64,000 nt of DNA, from NCBI GenBank assembly GCA_964625085.1, contig CAZVAJ010000001.1, positions 32,001 to 96,000 of the forward strand, given 5' to 3'. The translations under genes were made by a program, and so were the position numbers. Positions 47,650 through 57,982 of the stretch are shown here, one piece after another. A model generated the notes under the pieces. It had not been told where the DNA came from and made no database searches. It saw nothing but the letters and a program-made list of their open reading frames with translations. Numbering within the stretch: the stretch's first letter is position 1; every line of letters begins with the position of its first letter. This DNA is from Candidatus Micrarchaeota archaeon. Lineage in GTDB: Archaea > B1Sed10-29 > JAJSAI01.

Positions 47650-48750
47650 CTACTGAGCAAGCTTTATTTGAATTATCTCGTTGTACAGTGTGCTAAAAGC
47701 AATGTTCCGGGTGACATTGCTTCCTACTGGAAGTAGTTCAGGGACCCAGTCCTCGAAAAACCTGTTCATCACCCTGTACTCTTTTCCATCCAAAACAATC
47801 TTTTCTCCGGGTAGCATGAAACGGGTCTTCCAGTCAAGGCGCACTAGGCTTGCTGGAATGGCCTGAAGCGAACTGTTCAAGCGGTCCAGCTGGTCATCAG
47901 ACAATGGTGCGAGAACTGCTGAGAAAGAAGTGTTATGCACATCAAGGGACTTTATTGTTGTCCAGTTAAGCGCGCTCCTTACCTGTTCTTCAGTAACATT
48001 TGACGACAAAGAGGCCAACATGCCTGTCTCCACGTGCACTGCAGGGAGGATTGTCTCGTTCTTGTAGTGCACCTGAGCCTGGAACAGGTCAGATGCTGGC
48101 AGGCCAAGGAAAGGATCATCGTTTCTTATTTCAGCGTCAACACAGGACTGGAATGACCTTATCTTACCTGCGGCCATAACAACCTTGCACGAAAGGCGCA
48201 CAGTGTCATTCTTTTGCCGTGAATACAATACTGCCACTCCAGGAATAATCCTCTCAGAAACAGTGCCATTATCAGAGGAATTAAACACCACTGTAACCCT
48301 CGCAAGAGAGAGGGGAGTGTACGCTGGTTCGGAGAAAAGCGAACTCATCCGGTAGAACGTCCTAAACCCTATTTCTTTCATCTGGCTAAGATTAAACCCT
48401 GAAAACGCAACATGGTACTCGTAGCCGTTTCCGTAAGGGTTTAACGTGACATCAACAGAGTAAGAATCATCAGACAGATTGTAGTCCTGTGCCACCTCAG
48501 AAAGAAGAATCTTGGCAGCATCAAGGTCCTCTGCCTTTGAAACACCCTTAAAAGAAAATGCGGGAGTCAAGTCATCTATTCTTGCCGTGACATTAACCTG
48601 TTCCACTGAAAGCAGGCCCTGCTGCTGTTCTTCTGCCACAGGCGGCTGGGGCAGTTCTTTCACAACAGGAGAACTGAAAAACCACACGATGGGACCTGCG
48701 GAAAACAGCAGGATTACTGCGATTATTAGAACCTTGATCTCTTTGTTCAT
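47650..48750 (-). CDS. Hypothetical N-terminally anchored extracellular protein
   Basis: N-terminal TM helix, multiple N-X-S/T sequons. Confidence 0.75.
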   Translation of the reverse strand: MNKEIKVLIIAVILLFSAGPIVWFFSSPVVKELPQPPVAEEQQQGLLSVEQVNVTARIDDLTPAFSFKGVSKAEDLDAAKILLSEVAQDYNLSDDSYSVDVTLNPYGNGYEYHVAFSGFNLSQMKEIGFRTFYRMSSLFSEPAYTPLSLARVTVVFNSSDNGTVSERIIPGVAVLYSRQKNDTVRLSCKVVMAAGKIRSFQSCVDAEIRNDDPFLGLPASDLFQAQVHYKNETILPAVHVETGMLASLSSNVTEEQVRSALNWTTIKSLDVHNTSFSAVLAPLSDDQLDRLNSSLQAIPASLVRLDWKTRFMLPGEKIVLDGKEYRVMNRFFEDWVPELLPVGSNVTRNIAFSTLYNEIIQIKLAQ

Positions 48751-48830
48751 TCAACAACACCTTTTTTAAACGACAGAATAAGAAGATAATACCGCTGTTT
48801 AGTATTAATTTGTTTCGGAGGATGAAAAAG

Positions 48831-49478
48831 ATGGCTGAATTTGTTAAGATAGACTTCACTGCAAAAGCAGATGGAAAGGTATTTGACACCACCCTAAAGG
48901 ATGTTGCACAGAAAGAGAACATTTACTCGGACAAGGTAAAGTACTCCCCTCTTCCTGTAATCGTGGGCGATGGCCAGGTTATACCCGGGCTTGAAGACGC
49001 ACTGCGTAGCATGAAAAAAGGAGAGGAAAAGACTGTCAAGATCCCTCCTGAAAAGGCTTTTGGCAAAAGGGATCCAAAGCTTGTCAGCGTCATCCCTGAA
49101 AGCGTGTTCAAAAACAACAAGATAACCCCTGTTCCGGGAATGCCCATACAGGTTGAAGGCAAAACAGCAAGAGTGCTGAGCGTTTCAAGCGGAAGGGTGC
49201 AGATAGACTTCAATCACGAGCTTGCTGGAAAAGAGGTTGAGTACTGGGTAAAGGTCGTGAGCAAGGCTGAAACAGAGGAAGAAAAACTTGAGATATTATC
49301 TTCGCTCGCGTTCCCTGACATAAAAACACAGATCAAAACAAAAGAGAAAACAGTAGAGTTAATCCTGCCTACAGAAGCAAGAAAACTTAACAGCCTCGAG
49401 CTCAGAAAAACAATGTTCGCAGAGCTTGTTAAAAAACACTTGGGCAAGGAAAAGGTCAGGATAACTGAAGAATACTGA
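48831..49478 (+). CDS. Long-type FKBP peptidyl-prolyl isomerase (SlyD-like)
   Basis: VFDTT, G..IPGLE, PPEKAFG.RD, DFNHELAG. Confidence 0.93.
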   Translation: MAEFVKIDFTAKADGKVFDTTLKDVAQKENIYSDKVKYSPLPVIVGDGQVIPGLEDALRSMKKGEEKTVKIPPEKAFGKRDPKLVSVIPESVFKNNKITPVPGMPIQVEGKTARVLSVSSGRVQIDFNHELAGKEVEYWVKVVSKAETEEEKLEILSSLAFPDIKTQIKTKEKTVELILPTEARKLNSLELRKTMFAELVKKHLGKEKVRITEEY

Positions 49479-49582
49479 AATCCGGAAAACATAAACCTTT
49501 AAATACCTCTCCAAAAGAGAAAGAGTAGGCGCTCACCCAAGAGCCTACTAACTAGAACCTTTACAAGTTCTGAGGTGATTTT

Positions 49583-50203
49583 ATGGAAGAAACTATAAAG
49601 ACTGGTACTACTACAGTCGGCATACTCTGCAAGGATGGTGTTGTTCTTGCAGCAGACATGAGAGCAACAATGGGAACATTGATTGCTAACAAGAGCACTG
49701 AAAAGATACTGCCAGTGCAACCGCATATCGCGATCACAACAGCAGGAATGGTTGGAGACAACCAAGCTCTTGCCAGGATGATGAAAGTCAACTGTTCCTT
49801 ATATGAAAAACAAAGGAAAAAGAGAATATCCGTGGAAGCAGCATCAACCCTGCTCGCAAACATACTGCAGGAAACAAAGTACTTCCCGTACTGGGTTGAA
49901 ATAATCATGGGAGGGTATGATGACAAAGGCCCTGCACTGTATGAAATAGATGCGGGCGGAGGAAAACTAAAAGAGAATTTCATAAGCACAGGCTCAGGAT
50001 CTCCAGTGGCCTACGGTGTTCTAGAAGAGGCCCTAAGAAACAAAAAAGAGATACTCCTAAAAGATGCGCTGCCAGTGGCAGCCAAGGCGGTTTGGGCTGC
50101 AATGCAAAGGGATTCTGCTTCAGGAGAAAGAGTCAACATCGCGGTAATAGACAAAGACGGATTTAGGAAACTCAGCAAACATGAAGTAGAAAAGCTTTTT
50201 TGA
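49583..50203 (+). CDS. psmB: Proteasome beta subunit
   Basis: Propeptide ending KTG/TTT, DGVVLAAD.RAT, GSGS..AYG.LE, RD.ASG. Confidence 0.97.
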   Translation: MEETIKTGTTTVGILCKDGVVLAADMRATMGTLIANKSTEKILPVQPHIAITTAGMVGDNQALARMMKVNCSLYEKQRKKRISVEAASTLLANILQETKYFPYWVEIIMGGYDDKGPALYEIDAGGGKLKENFISTGSGSPVAYGVLEEALRNKKEILLKDALPVAAKAVWAAMQRDSASGERVNIAVIDKDGFRKLSKHEVEKLF

Positions 50204-50212
50204 GGAGATTAA

Positions 50213-52105
50213 GTGACCTTCGCGAAAGAAATTGAGAAACAGGTAAAAGAAATTCTGCCAGAAAGAGGGCTTGTTGACAAAGTGGAAGTAGAAGGCCCTG
50301 AAATAGTGTTGTACACGAGCCAGATAGACCGGTTCATGGAAGATGACAGCATCATCAGAGGGCTGGCCAGCAAGCTCAGGAAACACTTCATACTCAGAGC
50401 AACATCAGAAAAACTAATGGACCCAGAACAAGCTGAAAAAGAGATAAAAGAGATAATCCCCCCTGAAGCAGAAGTAGAGAAAATAAGGTTCAGACCAGAT
50501 TTCCATGAGGTCATGATAGAAGCAAAGAAGCTTGGCCTGGTCATAGGACCAAGAGGAAGCACGCTCAAAGAAATAACAAAAAGAACTGGCTGGAGCCCGC
50601 GGCTTTGGAGAATTCCCACAACAAAATCAGAAATGATGGAAGGGATAAGAGGAACTCTCGTAAAAGACAGCAGGGATGTAAAGAAGTTCTTGAAACAAGT
50701 CGGAAAAAACATATACCGTGAAGGAAAGAAAACCGATTGGATCAGGCTCACTGCTCTAGGAGCAGCCAGAGAAGTTGGAAGAAGCTGTTTTCTTCTGGAA
50801 ACTCCTGAAAGCAAGGTGCTCCTAGACTGCGGGGTCAACGTGGCGACAAACGATCCTAAAAAAGCATTCCCCTACATGAGCTCGGTGGACTTTTCCTTAG
50901 ACGAGCTTGATGCAGTCATCATCTCCCACGGGCACCTTGACCACTCCGGATTCCTGCCGTACCTGTTCCAGTACGGGTACAAAGGCCCTGTGTATTGCAC
51001 TCCGGCAACCAGAGACGTGATGGCACTACTGCAGCGCGATTATGTTAACATAGCGCACAGGAACGCTGAAGATGCTCCCTACTCCCAGAAGAACATAAAA
51101 CAGGAAATAAAACACTGCATACCGAGAGAGTACGGGGAAGTAACAGACATCGCTCCAGACATAAGACTAACCCTACATAACGCTGGCCACATACTAGGTT
51201 CAAGCATAACCCATCTGCACATAGGAGAAGGAGCGCATAACCTGGTTTACACAGGGGACATGAAATTCGGGTACACTGAACTGCTTGATCCAGCAGACAC
51301 CAACTACCCAAGGATAGAAACGCTGATAATAGAGTCAACGTACGGCGGAGGAAACAGGGACGTTCACCCACCCAGGTACGTGGCAGAAAAGAAGATGCTT
51401 GACCTGATAAAAGAAACCATAGAAAAGAACGGTATCGTGCTCGTGCCAAGCTTTGCCGTAGAAAGAGCACAAGAAATCATGCTCATAATAGAAAAAGCCT
51501 CACGGGAAAATGACTGGGACATTCCAGTGTACCTTGACGGCATGATAAAAGAAGCTAGCGCAATACACTCCGCATACCCTGAATACCTCAAAAAGAACAT
51601 TAAAAGAAGAATACTCCACGATGACTCTCCATTCGATTCACCCGTGTTCCAGAACGTTGACCCAAGAAAAAGAGACGACATAATCAACGAAGGCAGGTCA
51701 ATCATCCTGTCTCCTGCAGGAATGATGTCAGGCGGGCCTGTTCTCGAGTACTTTAAACACCTCTCGGAAGATGAGAGGAATACTCTGCTTTTCGTGGGAT
51801 ACCAGGCTGAAGGAAGTCTTGGAAGAAAAATCCAGAGAGGCGCAAAAGAAGTCGCGCTAGAAGAAAACGGGAAATTAAAACAGTACAAGGTAAACCTAAA
51901 GACAGAAACGATAGACGGCCTCTCAGGTCACGCGGACTACAACCAGCTGCTGGGATTCTACAAGAAGCTCACGCCAAAACCTGAGAGGGTTCTGACAGTC
52001 CACGGCGAAGAATCAAAGTGCTTGAACCTTGCGAGAAGCATTGGTTACAAGTTCAGGGTAGAAACCATGAGCCCAAGAAACCTTGACAGCATCAGGTTAA
52101 AGTGA
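50213..52105 (+). CDS. fttA: aCPSF1/FttA beta-CASP ribonuclease (KH + MBL)
   Basis: EGPEI..Y KH domains, EVGRS, SH.HLDH, AGHILGS, ESTYG, SGH.D; next to psmB. Confidence 0.95.
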   Translation: MTFAKEIEKQVKEILPERGLVDKVEVEGPEIVLYTSQIDRFMEDDSIIRGLASKLRKHFILRATSEKLMDPEQAEKEIKEIIPPEAEVEKIRFRPDFHEVMIEAKKLGLVIGPRGSTLKEITKRTGWSPRLWRIPTTKSEMMEGIRGTLVKDSRDVKKFLKQVGKNIYREGKKTDWIRLTALGAAREVGRSCFLLETPESKVLLDCGVNVATNDPKKAFPYMSSVDFSLDELDAVIISHGHLDHSGFLPYLFQYGYKGPVYCTPATRDVMALLQRDYVNIAHRNAEDAPYSQKNIKQEIKHCIPREYGEVTDIAPDIRLTLHNAGHILGSSITHLHIGEGAHNLVYTGDMKFGYTELLDPADTNYPRIETLIIESTYGGGNRDVHPPRYVAEKKMLDLIKETIEKNGIVLVPSFAVERAQEIMLIIEKASRENDWDIPVYLDGMIKEASAIHSAYPEYLKKNIKRRILHDDSPFDSPVFQNVDPRKRDDIINEGRSIILSPAGMMSGGPVLEYFKHLSEDERNTLLFVGYQAEGSLGRKIQRGAKEVALEENGKLKQYKVNLKTETIDGLSGHADYNQLLGFYKKLTPKPERVLTVHGEESKCLNLARSIGYKFRVETMSPRNLDSIRLK

Positions 52106-52195
52106 AAGAACATCATGGAAACCGGGCGTATCCTGCCACTGTTAACGTGGAACTGAGCATGGTGAATCATTTTTTAATAGAGAACGGGTGTATAA

Positions 52196-53482
52196 ATGAG
52201 CATGGAATTTTCCAGTGTTCAAGAGGCGCTTGAAAAAAAAGAAGGCAAGTTCAGACTAAGAGGATGGGTTTACAGACACAGGGTTACCAAAAATGCTGTT
52301 TTCATGCTCCTGCGTGATGCTACAGGAGTGATACAATGCGTTTTCAAGCCAGACAACCCTGATTTTGAAAAAGCGTCAGAACTGTACATAGAATCTAGCG
52401 TGATAATAGAAGGAGAAGTCAAGCCTGATGAAAGGGCCCCGGGAGGGGCAGAAATGAAAGCAGGCTCGCTTCAGGTCATAAGCAGGGGAGAACCGTTTCC
52501 CATAACAAAGGATCAATCAACAGAATTTCTCATGGACATAAGACACCTGAGCATTAGGTCGCAGCGTATAACAAAAGCCATGCTCGCAAGAGAAAAGATG
52601 ATGAAGTACTTCCGCGAGTTCTTTGAACAAGAAGGAGTGCACGAGGTTTTTCCCCCTGTGTTCACGGTCGCGGGCGCTGAGGGAGGTGCAGAGCTTTTCG
52701 AAGTCCCTTACTTCGGGAAAAAGGTATACCTCTCGCAAAGCGCGCAGTTGTACCTGGAAGCGCTCATATTCTCGCTAGAAAAAGTGTACTCCCTAACCCC
52801 AAGCTTCAGGGCTGAAAAAAGCCATACTTCAAAGCACCTGACAGAATACTGGCATCTTGAAGCAGAGATGGCGTTCTGGGACCAGGAAAAGAACATGGAA
52901 TTCCAGGAGTGTATGGTGTCCTACGTGTGCCAGAAGATGGCTGAGAATGACAAAGCACTGTTAGAGTACTTTGGAAGGAAACCCTCTGACCTGAAGAAAG
53001 TAGAGCCCCCGTTCCACAGGATGTCATATGATGAAGCAGTAGCAGAACTGCAGAAAAAAGGGCTGGAAATAGAGTACGGTGAAGATCCTGGAGCGCCTCA
53101 TGAAGAAGCGTTAACTAAAGGGCTTGATAAACCCTTGTTCTTGCACTCGTTCCCAGAGGACATGAAAGCGTTTTACATGCAGCCAGATGAAAACAATCCA
53201 GGCAAAGTAAAAGCAGCAGACATGCTTGCTCCAGAAGGCCACGGGGAAATAATAGGTGGAAGCGAAAGAATCTGGAAGAAGGACCTGCTTGAAGAAAAGA
53301 TCAGGAAATTCGGGCTCAACCCAAATGACTATAAGTGGTACGTGGACCTGCGGGAGTACGGGTCCGTGCCACACTCAGGATTTGGCTTGGGAACAGAAAG
53401 AATGCTGAAATGGGTCCTGAACTTGCCCCACATAAGAGACGTGGTCCCGTTCCCAAGAACAGTCAACAGGTACTACCCCTAA
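52196..53482 (+). CDS. asnS: Asparaginyl-tRNA synthetase
   Basis: RGWV OB fold, LSQSAQLYLE, FRAEKS.T..HL.E.W, GEIIGGS.R, PHSGFGLG.ER. Confidence 0.93.
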   Translation: MSMEFSSVQEALEKKEGKFRLRGWVYRHRVTKNAVFMLLRDATGVIQCVFKPDNPDFEKASELYIESSVIIEGEVKPDERAPGGAEMKAGSLQVISRGEPFPITKDQSTEFLMDIRHLSIRSQRITKAMLAREKMMKYFREFFEQEGVHEVFPPVFTVAGAEGGAELFEVPYFGKKVYLSQSAQLYLEALIFSLEKVYSLTPSFRAEKSHTSKHLTEYWHLEAEMAFWDQEKNMEFQECMVSYVCQKMAENDKALLEYFGRKPSDLKKVEPPFHRMSYDEAVAELQKKGLEIEYGEDPGAPHEEALTKGLDKPLFLHSFPEDMKAFYMQPDENNPGKVKAADMLAPEGHGEIIGGSERIWKKDLLEEKIRKFGLNPNDYKWYVDLREYGSVPHSGFGLGTERMLKWVLNLPHIRDVVPFPRTVNRYYP

Positions 53483-53519
53483 ACCAACTTTTATTAACCT
53501 GGTTCTTGTTTTACTATTC

Positions 53520-54386
53520 ATGTTCTGGGCACTGCTTACCGGGATAGTAACCGCGGCCAACCTCATGCTCGTGGAAAAGAAGGAAGATGCATTGATCTTG
53601 GTGCTTTCAGCAGCAGCGGCATTAATTCTGATGAACTCTCCTCTTGGAGTGCTTGGGATCGGTGTAGCGGTCCTGTCCCCAAGAATAAAGAAGTACGCGT
53701 TATTCTCTCAGGCGAACCTTCTTTCTGCTGTGCTGGTTTCAAGTTCCCTGTTGTGGTACTACGAGCACGGGCTGCTTCCTGGAACAAGACAGACCGCGGT
53801 CATATTTGCACTAGCAGTAGCAGCAGTTGCCATCTACGGGATCCTGGAACCTAAGCTGTACCGGTTCCTTGCGCTGAGTAACCTGGCGCAACTGGGTTTT
53901 GTTGCACTGGACCTGAGCGTGGCTTTCGCGCTAGGAAATCCCGGCATACTCAAGACAGTGCAGGTGTTCAACTATGCGATTGCAGGCTCTTTGCTGTTCC
54001 TGGGAATAGGGATGGTGGCAAGAAAAAAGGAGTATGTCAGCGACCTGACAGGAAGCTGGTTCGTGAGCAAGTGGGCTGACCTGTTCGCGGTGATCGCCTG
54101 CCTTTCTCTGGCAGGGCTGCCTGGGTTTAACATGTTTGTATCAGAGTGGGCTCTTTTCACAAAAGGATTTGAACTAAGCCCTTCAATAACTCTTCTTGGC
54201 ATCTTCCTTGCAATGATCCTGTTCATAATGTACTACAAGATAGCGTACTACCTGCTGGTGGGCCCGGGAAGAAAGAAAAAAAGCGACCGGCTTAGGCTTG
54301 CTTTTGCAGGAACGCTCGCCGTGATAGTGATCTTGCTGGGAATTGTCCCAGGAATCCAAGAGACTGTGTTGGGGTGGCTGGTGTGA
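53520..54386 (+). CDS. Antiporter-like (MbhH/NuoN-type) hydrogenase membrane subunit, shortened
   Basis: RFLALS...QLG, N.A....LLF, SLAGLPG...FVSEW; only 288 aa. Confidence 0.8.
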   Translation: MFWALLTGIVTAANLMLVEKKEDALILVLSAAAALILMNSPLGVLGIGVAVLSPRIKKYALFSQANLLSAVLVSSSLLWYYEHGLLPGTRQTAVIFALAVAAVAIYGILEPKLYRFLALSNLAQLGFVALDLSVAFALGNPGILKTVQVFNYAIAGSLLFLGIGMVARKKEYVSDLTGSWFVSKWADLFAVIACLSLAGLPGFNMFVSEWALFTKGFELSPSITLLGIFLAMILFIMYYKIAYYLLVGPGRKKKSDRLRLAFAGTLAVIVILLGIVPGIQETVLGWLV

Positions 54387-54538
54387 GCAGAAGAGAAAGT
54401 GTAGCAGTATACCTGGGCGGAGAAAAGAGCGTGGGAAAAACACTTCCGGACAAGTACGAAGCGTTCTTTGAATCATGGGAACTTGCAGCCGTACTTGCTT
54501 CCCTTGCCCTACTATCATTACTGGTGATGGTAATATGA
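54383..54538 (+). CDS. Small MbhI-like membrane subunit (51 aa, below the ORF-track cutoff)
   Basis: Manual translation MSRRESVAVYLGGEKSVGKTLPDKYEAFFESWELAAVLASLALLSLLVMVI; GTGA and ATGA overlaps with both neighbours. Confidence 0.7.
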   Translation: MSRRESVAVYLGGEKSVGKTLPDKYEAFFESWELAAVLASLALLSLLVMVI

Positions 54539-54960
54539 TATTCAAAAGATCCCCGTGGGTGTTCGTTTTTCATGGAGCTGGCTGTAACGGATGCAATCTG
54601 GAGGTGTTTGCAACAGTCACCCCTCGGTATGATGTTGAAAGGCTTGGGATACTGATCAAACACAGCCCGCGTAACGCAGACATTCTTCTTGTGGAGGGAA
54701 TGGTAAACAAAAAGAACGCCAGCAGAATAAAAACAGTGTACGAGCAGATGGCAAGCCCGAAAGCGGTTGTGGCAGTAGGATCATGCGCGATATCCGGAGG
54801 AGTATTCGCTGACTCGTACAATCACGCAGGACCCCTTGACAAGATAGTTCCTGTTGACGTTTACGTGCCAGGATGCCCGCCAAGGCCAGAAGCAATCATA
54901 GACGGAATACTAAAAGGAGTTGAGATACTTGAAAATAGAAGAAAAGGTAAAAAAGGATAG
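54535..54960 (+). CDS. Group 4 [NiFe]-hydrogenase small subunit (MbhJ/NuoB-like)
   Basis: GCNGC..E, YD.ER.G, SPR.AD, GSCA..GG, PGCPPRP; start at ATG 54535. Confidence 0.93.
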   Translation: MIFKRSPWVFVFHGAGCNGCNLEVFATVTPRYDVERLGILIKHSPRNADILLVEGMVNKKNASRIKTVYEQMASPKAVVAVGSCAISGGVFADSYNHAGPLDKIVPVDVYVPGCPPRPEAIIDGILKGVEILENRRKGKKG

Positions 54961-55243
54961 GCTTATCGCGATAGTGTGCGATGATCTTGGGAAAAGATTC
55001 CGCCTTAGATACTTTTTTGATGAGCGTGGAAAAGGAGTGACGTTCACGGACGTGAACGTTGAAAAAAACAATCCTGTCGTGAAAAGCGTGTCAGAACTAT
55101 TTCCTCCAGCAGACTTTTATGAGCGTGAGATACATGACTTTTACGGTGTGGAGTTTCAGGGAAACAAGAACCTTCATCTTAAGCTCTTCCTGCCTGAAGA
55201 CTGGGATCAAAAACCACCCATGAGGAGGGAAAAGAATGCATGA
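54920..55243 (+). CDS. Hydrogenase subunit MbhK/NuoC-like
   Basis: S...FP.A..YEREI.D.YG..F.G, LPEDW...PP.R. Confidence 0.9.
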   Translation: MRYLKIEEKVKKDRLIAIVCDDLGKRFRLRYFFDERGKGVTFTDVNVEKNNPVVKSVSELFPPADFYEREIHDFYGVEFQGNKNLHLKLFLPEDWDQKPPMRREKNA

Positions 55244-56387
55244 TTTTGTTATGCCCATCGGACCACAAAGCCCTGCAGTAAAAGAGCCTATCCTGTTAAA
55301 GCTTGCGCTTGAAGGGGAAGAAGTGCGCAAAGTACGAATGGTAACAGGATACACTCACAGAGGAGTAGAGTACCTTCTTGAAGGAAAAAACCCTGACCAG
55401 GCCTTGTACGTTGCCTCAAGAATCTGCGGGATATGCAGCATAAGCCACGAGAGAGCATACGTGAGGACTGTGGAAAACATTCTTGGCTACGACGCGCCTG
55501 AAAGGGTAAAGGCCCTGAGAACAGTTCTCTTCGAGCTTGAGAGAATGCAGAGTCACCTGCTGTGGGCAGGGATGATGATGCACGAGATCGGGCTCGAGAC
55601 TCTTTTCGACTACTTTTGGAGGGAAAGGGAAAAGGTCCTTGACTGCTTCGAAAAAATAACAGGAGGAAGAGTGCATCATAACATAAACAAGATACGCACG
55701 CTCCGGTATGATATGGAAAAAGAAGATCCTGACTTCATACTACAAAGAATAAAGGAAGTAAAGAAAAAAGCAAGGGAGTACTATGATGACTGTGTGAAAG
55801 AAGAGGTTGTGATCTCAAGACTCAAGAATGTTGGAATAATACCTAAAAACATGGCTGAATCATGGGGGCTTACCGGGCCCATAGCAAGAGCATCAGGCAT
55901 TGACGTGGACACCCGGAAGAATGACCCGTACGACTGGTACAACAAGGTGAAGTTTAAGACTGTTGTCGGAAAAGAAGGAGACTCTTTTGAAAGGTTCAAG
56001 GTTAGGATGAAGGAAGTGCTTGAGTCAGCAAGCATAGTAGAACAAGTCTTGTCAAACCTTCCTGAAGAAAAGATACCAGTAGCATCCTTGTCACGGGTGG
56101 ATGGTGAAGGATACGGGAGGGTTGAAGCTCCAAGAGGAGAACTTTTCTACTACCTTCGTTTTAAGAATAATCTGATAGAAAGAGCAAAAGTTAGGACGCC
56201 CAGTTTTTCATACATGAAGCTCGCGGAAGAACTGTTGCAGGGAGTGGTTGTTGGAGACGTTCCAGTTATACTTGCTTCACTCGATCCCTGCTTCTCCTGC
56301 TTGGAAAGGATCCTTGTTGAAAAAAACGGGAAAGTGTCTGAACTGAAGGAAAACGAATTCAGGAGGAGATATGCTTGCAGTCAGTAA
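55236..56387 (+). CDS. Group 4 [NiFe]-hydrogenase large subunit (MbhL-like)
   Basis: GY.HRG.E, L1 RICGIC, ELER..SH, EAPRGE, L2 DPCFSC.ER plus C-terminal extension. Confidence 0.95.
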   Translation: MHDFVMPIGPQSPAVKEPILLKLALEGEEVRKVRMVTGYTHRGVEYLLEGKNPDQALYVASRICGICSISHERAYVRTVENILGYDAPERVKALRTVLFELERMQSHLLWAGMMMHEIGLETLFDYFWREREKVLDCFEKITGGRVHHNINKIRTLRYDMEKEDPDFILQRIKEVKKKAREYYDDCVKEEVVISRLKNVGIIPKNMAESWGLTGPIARASGIDVDTRKNDPYDWYNKVKFKTVVGKEGDSFERFKVRMKEVLESASIVEQVLSNLPEEKIPVASLSRVDGEGYGRVEAPRGELFYYLRFKNNLIERAKVRTPSFSYMKLAEELLQGVVVGDVPVILASLDPCFSCLERILVEKNGKVSELKENEFRRRYACSQ

Positions 56388-57232
56388 TGCTATTTCTTTG
56401 GGTATTATCGCCGGCCGCTGCTGTTCTGTTGGAGGGTTTTTACCGAAAGACCATCGCAAGAATGCAGAGTAGGAAAGGGCCGCCGGTAGTCCAGCCTTTT
56501 TATGACCTGCGTAAACTCTGGAACAAAAGACGCGTAAAAACAAAGAATGACTGGTTCTTTCTGATCTCTCCTTTCTTTTACACCGTGACGGTACTCATCG
56601 GGCTTTTGATAGTGCCATTTCATATCCTGTCGTTCGAGTACGATTTTATTTTCCTCTTGTACATCACAGTTCTCTCGAGCGCGTTCTACGTGCTTGCAGG
56701 AATAAGCTCGGACTCTCCTTACGGCATGCTTGCCAGCATGAGAGAGATGAGGTTGATGGTGATATACGAGACTGCTCTGGCAGCTGCTTTGTTGTCTTTT
56801 GTAGTGTATTCAGGGACACTAACTATTTCTGGAGTAAAGCCCTTGAGCGTGATCTACCTTTTGCCGTCCGCGGTTGCATTAATAGCAGTCATCTTTGTTG
56901 AGAACAAGGTAACACAGTTTGACACAGGGGCTGCTGAAAGCGAGATACTTCCAGGAGTAAGCACAGAGTACTCTGGGAAAGCACTGTTTTTCCTTGATCT
57001 TGGGGAGATGATGAAAAGGTTTCTTTTCCTGAGCCTGGTTTCAGCACTTTTCGCAGGAGACAACATGCTCTTTTTTGCAGTAAGCTTTGTGATACTGTTC
57101 ATGGCGATGGCGTATTCTGATGCCACTACCCCGCGTTTCACTTTGCACGTTACCACATGGTATGTCCTTGCCGCGCTCATACTGGCGGTTATTGACCTGT
57201 TAAGAGTAATATGGGTGAGCGGATGGGCTTGA
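56375..57232 (+). CDS. Hydrogenase membrane subunit MbhM/NuoH-like
   Basis: RK..ARMQ.R.GPP..QPFYD..KL, FD...AE.EI..G...EYSG. Confidence 0.93.
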   Translation: MQSVMLFLWVLSPAAAVLLEGFYRKTIARMQSRKGPPVVQPFYDLRKLWNKRRVKTKNDWFFLISPFFYTVTVLIGLLIVPFHILSFEYDFIFLLYITVLSSAFYVLAGISSDSPYGMLASMREMRLMVIYETALAAALLSFVVYSGTLTISGVKPLSVIYLLPSAVALIAVIFVENKVTQFDTGAAESEILPGVSTEYSGKALFFLDLGEMMKRFLFLSLVSALFAGDNMLFFAVSFVILFMAMAYSDATTPRFTLHVTTWYVLAALILAVIDLLRVIWVSGWA

Positions 57233-57555
57233 AAATAGAAGCACTAAGATGGCTTTTCAGAAGGCCGGTCACTGAAAACTACCCGAAGCAGAAAAAAGAA
57301 CCATATCCTTTGTTCAGAGGCAGGATAGTGTACCATCCTAAGACGTGCATAGGGTGCAGGCTCTGCGAAAGAAACTGTCCCACAAAAGCGATCACTTTCC
57401 ACGAGAAGGGAAAGATAGAATTTGACATGGGAAAATGCATCCTGTGCGGCCTATGCAGGGACGTCTGTCCAACAAAACCCAAGTCCATCTCTTTTTCCAG
57501 AGAGTTTGAATACGCCAGCACAAGAAAAGAGAACCTCAAAAACAGGATTTCATAA
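57211..57555 (+). CDS. 2[4Fe-4S] ferredoxin-like subunit MbhN/NuoI-like
   Basis: P.T..YP, FRG, CIGCRLCERNCP, CILCGLCRDVCP. Confidence 0.93.
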   Translation: MGERMGLKIEALRWLFRRPVTENYPKQKKEPYPLFRGRIVYHPKTCIGCRLCERNCPTKAITFHEKGKIEFDMGKCILCGLCRDVCPTKPKSISFSREFEYASTRKENLKNRIS

Positions 57556-57982
57556 CCTCTTTTACGTTCAACAGTATCATAGGATACTTGTCGCGCAAAC
57601 TGTCTGAAAGAGAATCCCTGTACCCTCTGTTCTTCACGACTATTCCTATAATGTAAACCTGTATCCCTGCAAGCGCTTTTTTCACGAAGGGCACTGAAAC
57701 AGAATGCGTTGAAAGCCCGGCTGCTGACACGTCCCCTGGGCTGAAGACTTTAACAGTGCCCTCGGGGCTGGGAGAAAGAACAGAGTCCAGTATAAAAACC
57801 AAGTCATAGGACATCAGCTTTCCCAGATAGTTCAACGGCTCTCCATAGTAGTAGTCTGCGTTAAGAAACCTTTCTTTTTCAAGATCCCTAGCAATCTTTT
57901 CAGGCACACCGTCATCTTCTCTGAGAGGATTGCCAAAGGACACAATCGCTACTTTAGCCTCTTCCGAGTTATTCAAGAACAT
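57536..57982 (-). CDS. Hydrogenase maturation protease (HycI/HybD family)
   Basis: GNPLREDDG, ILD, STH, IIGI. Confidence 0.9.
   Translation of the reverse strand: MFLNNSEEAKVAIVSFGNPLREDDGVPEKIARDLEKERFLNADYYYGEPLNYLGKLMSYDLVFILDSVLSPSPEGTVKVFSPGDVSAAGLSTHSVSVPFVKKALAGIQVYIIGIVVKNRGYRDSLSDSLRDKYPMILLNVKEVMKSCF

Noticed and set aside
52111..52164. Structured RNA between fttA and asnS (CATCATG/CATGGTG stem with inner hairpins)
   Set aside because: Stems are short and could arise by chance; no recognisable family.
54535..57555. Complex I (Nuo) or Mbx/Mbs assignment
   Set aside because: The large subunit keeps both CxxC Ni-binding motifs and a maturation protease is adjacent, so it is a true [NiFe]-hydrogenase.
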